Under the pieces are notes generated by a model that worked only from the letters and a program-made list of their open reading frames with translations, searched no databases and was not told the DNA's origin. A stretch of 64,000 nucleotides of DNA from contig JAKBJL010000001.1 of assembly GCA_021836035.1 (NCBI GenBank), positions 138,142 to 202,141 on the forward strand, in the 5' to 3' direction. The DNA comes from a bacterium. Its GTDB lineage: Bacteria > Patescibacteriota > Microgenomatia > JAMCZE01. This document shows, one piece after another, positions 9,554 to 17,092 of the stretch (positions are counted from its first letter, which is position 1; each line of letters begins with the position of its first letter). Position numbers and translations under genes: made by a program.

Positions 9554-9562
9554 AGTGTTACA

Positions 9563-11251
9563 ATGAGCCAAACAATTGTACCGCCAATGAAAAACCTTTT
9601 CAACAACGGAAAGAGCTTGCTGTTCTTACGCCAGACCAACATTCTTTCCGCTGCCACGGTGATCGCCGCCGCGGTTCTTGCGGCCAAAATACTGGGTATC
9701 ATCCGCTATTGGCTGCTGGCAGTTTATATCCACCCTATCGCCGACCTGGATCTGTTTTTTGCTGCTTTCCGTATCCCCGACTTTATCTTTCAGGTCCTGG
9801 TCATGGGTACGCTTACGACCGCTTTTATCCCCGTCATTGCCGGTTTTTTAAGCTGCGGACAGCAGGAGAAAGCCTGGCGCGCCGCTTCTACCGTCATCAA
9901 CGCGGCTCTGGTTATTTTTGTCGTTTTAGCCAGCATCGCTTTTTTCTTCGCCCGCGATCTCTCCATTATTGTTGCTCCCGGTCTTTCCCAAAATCCCCAA
10001 AACCTTGTCGCGCTGACAAACCTCACAAGAATTATGCTTTCCGCCCAAATCTTCTTTATTCTTTCCAATTTCCTCTCCGCAATCATCCAATCCACCAAGC
10101 GTTTTCTCATCCCGGCCCTGGCCCCGGTCGCTTACAATTTCGGAATTATTATCGGCATCGTTCTGCTTTCTCCCTATATCGGCATTTACGGTCCCGCTTG
10201 GGGTGTCGTTTTGGGGACGCTTTTGCATTTTTTAATTCAGGTTCCCCTGATTAAGCATATCGGCCTGCGTTATGAGGCCAAAATCAACCTTGCCGACCCG
10301 GGGGTCCGCGAAATCGGCCGTCTCCTGGGACCGCGCACTTTTGGCCTGGCGGTAGCCCAAATCAGCTTTACCGTAGATACCGCCCTGGCCTCGCTCCTGG
10401 CTACCTCCTCGATTACTATTATTAATCTCTCCCAAGCGCTTCAGCAATTCCCGATCGGAATTTTCGGCGCGACGATCGCCCAGGCAGCTCTTCCTACTTT
10501 GTCTGAGGAACAAGCAAGGGAAAATCTGGACAATTTTAAAACCACCCTCCTGAACTCCTTTCATCAAATTCTCTTTCTGACGCTGCCGGCAACCGCCCTG
10601 ATTATCGTTTTGCGCATTCCCGTCGTGCGGTTGGCTTTCGGCGTCGGCAACAGCAATTTTCCCTGGCCCTTAACCGTTCTCACCGGCAAAACTTTGGCGG
10701 TTTTCGGCTTGGGCATTGTAGCCCAAAGCTTAGTCAATCTCCTGGTCCGCGCTTTTTATGCCCTAAGAGACAGCATCACTCCTGTCAAAATCGCCGTGGT
10801 CTCCTTCCTGGTCAATATCGTCTTAAGCCTGACGTTTATTGTTGTTTATAAACTTCCCGTCTGGGCGCTGGCTATCAGTTCCGTCAGCGGAGACCTGGTT
10901 TACTTTTTATTGCTTTTGGCCCTTCTTGATTACCGCCTGCATTTCAACCACCGCCAGCTCCTGTTCCCTGCCGTCAAAATGTTTTTGGCGGCCCTGGCCA
11001 CCGGGATCGCTCTTTATATTCCCATGAAGCTTTTGGACCAATTGGTTTTTGATACGACAAAAACCATCCCCTTAATTATGCTTACCGGTGTCGCCGGCGC
11101 CGTCGGCCTTTCCGTCTATCTTTTCCTTACCTGGCTTTTAGATATTCCGGAGCTTAAGGCTTTCCTGGGGCTAGTCCAGCGCCTGGGACAAATCCGGCAA
11201 ATTTTTACACCTCCGGCCGAAGTCTTGGAAGTGGTTGAAGAACATGGATAA
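9563..11251 (+). CDS. murJ: Lipid II flippase MurJ (MviN)
   Basis: 562 aa polytopic protein. FRIPDFIFQVLVMGTLTTAFIPV matches the MurJ N-terminal signature. Confidence 0.8.
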   Translation: MSQTIVPPMKNLFNNGKSLLFLRQTNILSAATVIAAAVLAAKILGIIRYWLLAVYIHPIADLDLFFAAFRIPDFIFQVLVMGTLTTAFIPVIAGFLSCGQQEKAWRAASTVINAALVIFVVLASIAFFFARDLSIIVAPGLSQNPQNLVALTNLTRIMLSAQIFFILSNFLSAIIQSTKRFLIPALAPVAYNFGIIIGIVLLSPYIGIYGPAWGVVLGTLLHFLIQVPLIKHIGLRYEAKINLADPGVREIGRLLGPRTFGLAVAQISFTVDTALASLLATSSITIINLSQALQQFPIGIFGATIAQAALPTLSEEQARENLDNFKTTLLNSFHQILFLTLPATALIIVLRIPVVRLAFGVGNSNFPWPLTVLTGKTLAVFGLGIVAQSLVNLLVRAFYALRDSITPVKIAVVSFLVNIVLSLTFIVVYKLPVWALAISSVSGDLVYFLLLLALLDYRLHFNHRQLLFPAVKMFLAALATGIALYIPMKLLDQLVFDTTKTIPLIMLTGVAGAVGLSVYLFLTWLLDIPELKAFLGLVQRLGQIRQIFTPPAEVLEVVEEHG

Positions 11252-13211
11252 TCCTTCGACTGCGCTCAGGACGGGTCCTTCGACTTCGCTCAAGACAAGC
11301 CTTCCCCGGTCTCTTATCCGCAATTTTTGCATCATCGCCCATGTGGATCACGGCAAATCCACTCTGGCTGACCGCTTTTTAGAAATTACCGGATCGGTCA
11401 GCAAAAGCGGCCATGCTGAGCAACTTCTCGATAACCACCCAATCTCCCGCGCCCGCGGCATCACTATCCGCCTCGCCCCCGTTACCATGCATTATTCCTT
11501 AATTCGCAATTCGCAATTAGATAATTATCAATTAAATTTGATTGATACTCCCGGCCACGTCGATTTCAGTTATGAAGTGGAACGGACGCTTTCCGCCTGC
11601 GAAGGAGCGATTTTATTAGTTGACGCCACCCAGGGTATCCAAGCCCAGACCCTTTCCCATTTTCAGAAAGCGCAAAAGTTGGGATTAACTATTATTCCCG
11701 TGATCAACAAAATCGATATGCCTAACGCACGGACTGCTGAAACAGAGAAAGACTTACATGAATTATTCAATTCGCAACCCCGCAATAGCGAGGTTCCGAG
11801 TGAAAACGAGGGACTGGATAATTCGCAATTCCCAATTCTTAAGGTTTCTGCCAAGACCGGAGAGGGAGTGCAGGGCTTATTGGAAGAAGTGATTAGGAAA
11901 GTGCCGCCTCCGGCCGGTAATCCCGATGGTCCGGCGCGCGCTCTGGTTTTTTCTTCCCAATTTGCTGCCCAAAAAGGTGTGACCGCATTTGTCCGAGTCT
12001 TTGACGGCAAGTTAGAAGGCCGCGGAAAAATCCGTTTTTTGGCCGCCGGACTGGAAGCAGCTGTTTTAGACCTGGGCCACTTTTCCCCGGCCATGCTCCC
12101 CACGGAGGCCCTCGGAACCGGAGAAGTTGGTTACCTTACCACCAATCTTAAAGATCCGTCGCTCGTCCGTGTCGGCGATACCATCACCACGGAAAATTCG
12201 CAATTCGCAATCCCTCGACAAGCTCGGGATTATCCCGAGCGAAGCCGAAGGACAATTCACAATTCGCAATTGATTCCGTTACCCGGTTACCGCGAAATAA
12301 AGCCCATGGTTTTTATCAGTCTTTTCCCGGTCGACCAGAACGATTACGCGCTTTTGGAGGACGCCCTGGAAAAATTAAAACTCAACGATGCAGCGCTAGC
12401 TTTTTCTCCCATGGGCTCTAAAGTCTTAGGCCGCGGGTTCCGTGCCGGATTTTTAGGGCACCTTCATGCCGAAGTTTCCCGGGAACGGCTGGAAACCGAT
12501 TTCGGGCTGAATGTTCTCGCCACCACCCCCACCGTTGAATACCGAATTCGCAATTCGCAATCTCTCGACAAGCTCGGGATTATCCTGAGCGAAACCGAAG
12601 GACAATTTGCAATTCGCAACTATGAGGAACCTTGGGTTTTAGCTACCGTCATCCTCCCCCAAAATTATGTCGGCCCCATAATGTCCCTGAGCAAAGATCA
12701 CCGGGGAATTTTAAAGAATATGGTTTATCACGGCAATAATGTCACTCTAACTTACGAAATCCCGCTGGGGGAAATTATTACCGATTTTTTTGACGAGTTA
12801 AAGTCGCGCACTTCCGGTTACGGCAGTCTCGATTATGAATTTTTGGACTACCGTCCTTTCGATGCCGTTACCCTGGAAATTTTAATTAACCACGAGGCGG
12901 TCGATGCCTTTTCCCAAATTCTGCCAAAGGAAAAAGCGGAAAGCTACGGCCGTTTTTTGGTGGAGAGACTAAAAGAAGCTATCCCCCGCCAACAAATCCC
13001 CATTATCATTCAAGCAGCCATAGATAACCAGATTATTGCCCGCGCCGATATTGCCGCTTACCGCAAAGACGTAACGGCCAAACTTTACGGCGGGGACCGC
13101 ACCCGCCGGGATAAACTGCTGGAAGCGCAAAGAAAGGGCAAAAAGAAAATGCGGCAGATCGGCCGCGTGCAAATCCCCGGCGACACTTTCCTCAAAATCT
13201 TTAAAACCTAA
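11235..13211 (+). CDS. lepA: Elongation factor 4 (LepA), 658 aa with several in-frame repeat-derived segments
   Basis: G-domain motifs AHVDHGKST, DTPGH and NKID, then the LepA C-terminal region. About 55 aa longer than typical LepA because of the repeat segments described separately. Confidence 0.9.
   Translation: MKNMDNPSTALRTGPSTSLKTSLPRSLIRNFCIIAHVDHGKSTLADRFLEITGSVSKSGHAEQLLDNHPISRARGITIRLAPVTMHYSLIRNSQLDNYQLNLIDTPGHVDFSYEVERTLSACEGAILLVDATQGIQAQTLSHFQKAQKLGLTIIPVINKIDMPNARTAETEKDLHELFNSQPRNSEVPSENEGLDNSQFPILKVSAKTGEGVQGLLEEVIRKVPPPAGNPDGPARALVFSSQFAAQKGVTAFVRVFDGKLEGRGKIRFLAAGLEAAVLDLGHFSPAMLPTEALGTGEVGYLTTNLKDPSLVRVGDTITTENSQFAIPRQARDYPERSRRTIHNSQLIPLPGYREIKPMVFISLFPVDQNDYALLEDALEKLKLNDAALAFSPMGSKVLGRGFRAGFLGHLHAEVSRERLETDFGLNVLATTPTVEYRIRNSQSLDKLGIILSETEGQFAIRNYEEPWVLATVILPQNYVGPIMSLSKDHRGILKNMVYHGNNVTLTYEIPLGEIITDFFDELKSRTSGYGSLDYEFLDYRPFDAVTLEILINHEAVDAFSQILPKEKAESYGRFLVERLKEAIPRQQIPIIIQAAIDNQIIARADIAAYRKDVTAKLYGGDRTRRDKLLEAQRKGKKKMRQIGRVQIPGDTFLKIFKT
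11247..11295 (+). repeat. Imperfect ~20-bp tandem direct repeat inside the lepA N-terminus
   Basis: CCTTCGACTGCGCTCAGGAC / CCTTCGACTTCGCTCAAGAC encodes PSTALRTG-PSTSLKTS. It sits in front of the conserved IRNFCIIAHVDHGKST start of the G domain. Confidence 0.7.
11501..11518 (+). repeat. (AATTCGC)x2.5 heptanucleotide tandem repeat inside lepA
   Basis: aattcgcaattcgcaatt, translated in frame as LIRNSQL. Confidence 0.8.
11768..11837 (+). repeat. Degenerate AATTCGC-type repeats flanking a ~13-aa extra segment in lepA
   Basis: caattcgcaaccccgcaat ... aattcgcaattcccaatt encodes NSQPRNSEVPSENEGLDNSQFPI. This lies between NKID and SAKTG, a stretch about 13 aa shorter in typical LepA. Confidence 0.65.
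12195..12271 (+). repeat. 77-bp palindrome-containing mini-element, copy 1, in frame in lepA
   Basis: AATTCGCAATTCGCAAT, then ccctcgacaagCTCGGGATtATCCCGAGcgaagccgaagg, then ACAATTCACAATTCGCAATT. Heptad repeats flank a perfect 8+1+8 palindrome. Encodes NSQFAIPRQARDYPERSRRTIHNSQL, about 18 aa more than orthologs have between GDTIT and LPGY. Confidence 0.8.
12544..12620 (+). repeat. 76-bp mini-element, copy 2 (about 93% identical to copy 1), in frame in lepA but read in a different frame
   Basis: gaattcgcaattcgcaatctctcgacaagctcgggattatcctgagcgaaaccgaaggacaatttgcaattcgcaac encodes IRNSQSLDKLGIILSETEGQFAIRN. Confidence 0.8.
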
Positions 13212-13252
13212 GCCGTTTCCTCTGTCTGCAGTTTTATGTTATTCTAGAAATA

Positions 13253-14113
13253 ATGCGGCGGTTGTTAATTTGTTCTTTATTTCTCGTCCTTAGCGGTTAC
13301 ATTATTAATTTAGCCAAAAATGATCATGTAGCATTAGCGGCAGAAAACCCCGGCCAATTCCGTTGTCTCTGGTACACATCCGGTTCGAGCTATTGTGGCA
13401 CGGACATAAACGGAAATTCCTGTCAGTCGGGATATAGTGAAGTTCCCCAAATTTGTCTGGAAATAAAAAACCCCTCGGAATGTGACTCCGCTTCCTTTGG
13501 TTGTGTAGAAAAAGCCGGACCCCGGTATAGTTGTAAAAAGAATCAGGGGTGTGTACAGGACCCAAACGGTTACGATAGTTTGACTTCTTGCCAAAATACC
13601 TGTAAAGAACTCGGGGCTGTTAAATGTCCTGAAGGGTGTACCACATATGGCTTGGGTAGCGTCTGCTATGCAGAACCATTAGATATACTTCTTCCGAAAC
13701 CCTGCGAGAGCACTCTCTGTATCCCCTCGGCCGGAGATAAATACACTCAGTATTACTATGATCAAAAAAGTAAGTTTTGTTACTCCGTCAGGCGTGATTT
13801 GAGTCCGGTTTTTCTTTGCGTCGAAGACGGTAGTTGCCAAACCGCTATCGGCACAATATTCGCCAGCCCCGAGGATTTGGTTAAAGTCATTATGCAACTA
13901 GTGATAGGGTTGGTCGGGGGCGTTGCGCTTCTAGTGCTAATTTTAACCGGTTATCAGCTAATGACCTCCTCCGGTGATCCGCAAAAATTAGCGGTTGCTA
14001 AAGAACTAATTGTTTCCGTTATAACCGGTATTCTCATGATCGTTTTTTCCATGGTATTATTACAGGCAATCGGAGTGGATATCTTAAAAATTCCCGCGCT
14101 GGTCGCGCCCTAA
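13253..14113 (+). CDS. Secreted Cys-rich protein with a C-terminal two-helix VirB2/TrbC-like pilin module
   Basis: Signal peptide and about 26 Cys, then GLVGGVALLVLILTGYQLMTSSGDPQKLAVAKELIVSVITGILMIV. This C-terminus is paralogous to the three downstream small proteins. Confidence 0.5.
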   Translation: MRRLLICSLFLVLSGYIINLAKNDHVALAAENPGQFRCLWYTSGSSYCGTDINGNSCQSGYSEVPQICLEIKNPSECDSASFGCVEKAGPRYSCKKNQGCVQDPNGYDSLTSCQNTCKELGAVKCPEGCTTYGLGSVCYAEPLDILLPKPCESTLCIPSAGDKYTQYYYDQKSKFCYSVRRDLSPVFLCVEDGSCQTAIGTIFASPEDLVKVIMQLVIGLVGGVALLVLILTGYQLMTSSGDPQKLAVAKELIVSVITGILMIVFSMVLLQAIGVDILKIPALVAP

Positions 14114-14114
14114 A

Positions 14115-14465
14115 ATGAGATTCCCGGGTTTTAGAACCATCGAGCTGCCCAACGGCTTCCCTACCGGAGGCTTGAGTATTATTGCTACGATCATCGTCAA
14201 TTTAGTATTGCTAGCCCTGATTATTATCTTTATTCTCGCCTTTTCTTACCTGGTTATCGGCGGTCTTAAGTGGATTGCCTCCGGCGGCGACAAACAAGCC
14301 CTTGCTTCCGCCCGGTCTGCTATTACTTATGCTGTACTTGGACTTGTACTTGCGCTGGTTTCTTTTGCCATAATTAACTTTGTCTCCTGCTTTTTTGGCA
14401 TTTATCTTGGTTTAGGAGGTGGCTGTTGGTCTACTGCCCAAATTACCCATGGGCTTACTCCATAA
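14115..14465 (+). CDS. Small two-helix membrane protein, VirB2/TrbC-like pilin candidate (paralog 2)
   Basis: A hydrophobic helix, a loop (IGGLKWIASGGDKQALASARSAI), a second helix, and a GLTP terminus. Starts 1 nt after the upstream stop. Confidence 0.5.
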   Translation: MRFPGFRTIELPNGFPTGGLSIIATIIVNLVLLALIIIFILAFSYLVIGGLKWIASGGDKQALASARSAITYAVLGLVLALVSFAIINFVSCFFGIYLGLGGGCWSTAQITHGLTP

Positions 14466-14485
14466 AACTATTATTAGTCACTTCT

Positions 14486-14518
14486 TGACAGCCTCCGAAA
14501 ATCATGCCATATTAAATA
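14486..14518 (+). promoter_or_regulatory. Candidate sigma70-like promoter for the third pilin-like gene
   Basis: TTGACA at 14486-14491 and an extended TATTAAAT -10 element about 17-19 nt downstream. A GAAGGGGG ribosome-binding site sits ahead of the ATG at 14575. Confidence 0.3.
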
Positions 14519-14574
14519 TAGACGAGAAGCAGGGTCCAGTTATGCTACAACCATAAGTGGCGAAGGGGGTGAAT

Positions 14575-15003
14575 ATGAGAGATTTAAGAAAATTAATTAC
14601 TACCGCTACAATATTAGCCAGCGGCTTATATTTTGCTGCGCCCGTTTTTGCCCAAAATATAAATCTTTGCCCCACTAACGGTGGTAACCTATGCTCGCTC
14701 ACGATCCCTGCGGTTATTACCGGTCTTATCCAATTTGTTTTAATAGTCGCTTTCCTTCTGGCCTTTGCCTTTCTAGTCATGGGAGGCATTAGGTGGATTT
14801 TAAGCGGTGGCGATAAAGCAGGAACGGAAGCGGCCAAGGGGACTATCACTGCGGCTCTTATCGGCCTAATTGTTGTCCTGGTTGCTTGGGCTATTCTCAA
14901 TTTGGTTAAAACTTTCTTTGGCATTAATTTTGATCTCGGTTCATTGGCCATACCAACCATAACCAATCCGGCAACAAATCCTAACCACGGAATAACCCCA
15001 TAG
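14575..15003 (+). CDS. VirB2/TrbC-like pilin candidate (paralog 3) with a cleavable signal peptide
   Basis: MRDLRKLITTATILASGLYFAAPVFA signal, then FLVMGGIRWILSGGDKAGTEAAKGTITAALIGLIVVLVAWAI. Start moved to the ATG that has a ribosome-binding site; the listed ORF starts at an upstream GTG. Confidence 0.5.
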   Translation: MRDLRKLITTATILASGLYFAAPVFAQNINLCPTNGGNLCSLTIPAVITGLIQFVLIVAFLLAFAFLVMGGIRWILSGGDKAGTEAAKGTITAALIGLIVVLVAWAILNLVKTFFGINFDLGSLAIPTITNPATNPNHGITP

Positions 15004-15015
15004 GCCCGTTCGGTA

Positions 15016-15048
15016 AAAACCCGCCCGAATATCAAAGGCGGGTTTTTG
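15016..15048 (+). terminator. Rho-independent terminator
   Basis: aaaacccgcc - cgaatatcaaag - ggcgggtttt followed by a T-rich run. It lies directly after the TAG stop at 15003. Confidence 0.6.
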
Positions 15049-15066
15049 GTGTGTTATACTAAAAAG

Positions 15067-15396
15067 GTGAACGGTTGTGATTGGAATGCATTAAAAGGTG
15101 GCGGAGGTACGGTTCCAACACTTCCCTGCCTAGCGGAGTTTTTTGTGCGGATTATCGGCGCCCTTTTTCTCTTTTTGGGAGCGGTAAGCTTGCTATTTTT
15201 ACTTTATGGTGCCGGGCGTTTCGTTATTTCTTCAGGGGATCCAAAGGCTATAGCCGGAGCCCGTAACACTATGACTTACGCTCTCCTTGGTCTTGTGCTT
15301 ATACTTATCTCCTTCGCCATTCTCCGTTTCGTCGGGGGTTTCCTGGGGCTTCCCGAAGATACCCTCTTAAACTTCAGGCTCTGGGTCGGTCCTTAA
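15067..15396 (+). CDS. VirB2/TrbC-like pilin candidate (paralog 4); start codon uncertain
   Basis: LYGAGRFVISSGDPKAIAGARNTMTYALLGLVLILISFAIL matches the paralog consensus. The listed GTG start at 15046 lies inside the upstream terminator, so a downstream start is more likely. Confidence 0.4.
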   Translation: MNGCDWNALKGGGGTVPTLPCLAEFFVRIIGALFLFLGAVSLLFLLYGAGRFVISSGDPKAIAGARNTMTYALLGLVLILISFAILRFVGGFLGLPEDTLLNFRLWVGP

Positions 15397-15442
15397 TATA
15401 TTCTCCTTGACACCTACCGCTTCCTTAGCCATAATGTAACTA

Positions 15443-17089
15443 ATGAAAAAACTGGGAACGGTCGCGATCCTGGTCCTGTCTTTTTTCTTTTTGACAGCTT
15501 CTTCTGTTTTGGCCCAAACCAACGCCCAACGAAGGACAACTTGCGTCCAGGCCTGTCCAGCCGGAAACGGGGCCGCAGCCTGTGTAGCTAATTGCTATCA
15601 ACTTTACCCCCAAAACCAGAATAATACGCCTATCGAAAACCGCGCTGCGGAAGGCCTTTGGCAGGGAACTCCTATTGATCCGACGCTCCCCCTTTATCAA
15701 AAACAGGTTGAGGAACAGCAGCAAAAAGGCGGTGCTTATGAATGGATGAGCCAGGTAACTTTTAACTATCTGGCTTTGGCGATCACTAATAAAATTGCCG
15801 GCAGCCCCGTGACCGGACCTAACGGCAACGTTACCGGTTATCGGGGGGGGGCGATTAATCTTTTTGCTTCCCTGACCGGAACAATGTATGCTAATAAGCC
15901 GGCTTCTACAGGACAATATGTCCAATATTTGGCGCAAAACGCCGGCTTTCCCAATCTTGTTCCGGTAGCTTACGCCCAAAGCGGCGGAATTGGTTTTCAA
16001 GGATTAAATCCGATCCTACAAATTTGGCAGGTGGTCCGTAATTTAGCTTACCTGGCTTTTGCCGTGATCTTTGTTATTATCGGTTTGATGATCATGCTCC
16101 GGGTGAAGATTGATCCCAAGACTGTAGTTTCCATCCAAAACGCCCTGCCGAAAATCTTTTTGTCCTTAATTTTAATTACTTTTTCCTACCCTATCGCCGG
16201 ATTTCTAATTGATTTAATGTATGTATTAATTGGCGTGATTATCAGTCTTTTTGCCGGCGCTTTCGGTTCTTTTGATGTCACGGGTTTTAGACAAAATATA
16301 CAATATAAAACCATTTTTGAGTTTGTCGGTACCAACCTTTTTATCATGCCATCTTTCCAGAGCGGAAAATCCATCAATGATATTATTGTCGCCTTAACCG
16401 GAAACATCCCCGGTGTTTCTAATCTTTTTGGTTTTGTCGGCGGGGTTATTGGCGGGCTCATAATCTCTCTTGCCATTCTTTACGCCCTTTTTAGAACCTG
16501 GTTGATGCTTCTGGGCGCTTATATCAATATTATTATCGGCGTGATCCTTTCGCCCCTGGCGATGCTTGCCGACGCTATTCCCGGCCAGAGCGGCTTTTCC
16601 GCCTGGCTTCGTTCCATGCTTTCTAATCTCTTGCAGTTCCCTCTGGTTATTACTTTGCTCCTTTTTGGCGGCGGTTTGGTTTCCATGTCTAACCAATTCC
16701 AGCCTTCTCAAAACCCGGGTGGACCTTTTGTTCCGCCACTTATCGGAGGCAGCGATCCCAATGCGATCCCCGCCCTTATCGGTATTGGTATACTACTGAT
16801 GATCCCGAAAGCGGGAGCCATGTTGCAAGAATGGTTAAAATCTCCGCCGTTTAAACACGGTATGGCCTGGGCCGAAGCAGTAGGCTGGGCTTATTCTCCG
16901 TACGCAGGGGGTCTATTAGGGCAACCAAGGGGTAGAGAGGCTGCTGCGCAAGCAGAACGCGGTGGTTTACCACGAGGAATTTGGGATCGTTTATCCCCCC
17001 TGCCCGGAGCTGCTGCCACTGCAGCTAGCGGAGCATTAGCCCGAAGAAGATCTCCCACTGGTGGTTCGCCTTCAGCTACTACACCTTAA
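15443..17089 (+). CDS. VirB6/TrbL-like polytopic membrane protein
   Basis: Signal peptide, an extracytoplasmic domain of about 180 aa, at least six TM helices and a hydrophilic C-terminal tail. Lies immediately downstream of the pilin-like paralog array. Confidence 0.5.
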   Translation: MKKLGTVAILVLSFFFLTASSVLAQTNAQRRTTCVQACPAGNGAAACVANCYQLYPQNQNNTPIENRAAEGLWQGTPIDPTLPLYQKQVEEQQQKGGAYEWMSQVTFNYLALAITNKIAGSPVTGPNGNVTGYRGGAINLFASLTGTMYANKPASTGQYVQYLAQNAGFPNLVPVAYAQSGGIGFQGLNPILQIWQVVRNLAYLAFAVIFVIIGLMIMLRVKIDPKTVVSIQNALPKIFLSLILITFSYPIAGFLIDLMYVLIGVIISLFAGAFGSFDVTGFRQNIQYKTIFEFVGTNLFIMPSFQSGKSINDIIVALTGNIPGVSNLFGFVGGVIGGLIISLAILYALFRTWLMLLGAYINIIIGVILSPLAMLADAIPGQSGFSAWLRSMLSNLLQFPLVITLLLFGGGLVSMSNQFQPSQNPGGPFVPPLIGGSDPNAIPALIGIGILLMIPKAGAMLQEWLKSPPFKHGMAWAEAVGWAYSPYAGGLLGQPRGREAAAQAERGGLPRGIWDRLSPLPGAAATAASGALARRRSPTGGSPSATTP

Positions 17090-17092
17090 ATT

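Noticed and set aside
9349-10254. ORFs 9349..9702(-), 9709..10254(+) and 9790..10228(-)
   Set aside because: They overlap rpsT and murJ in alternative frames and have no motif support, so they are judged spurious.
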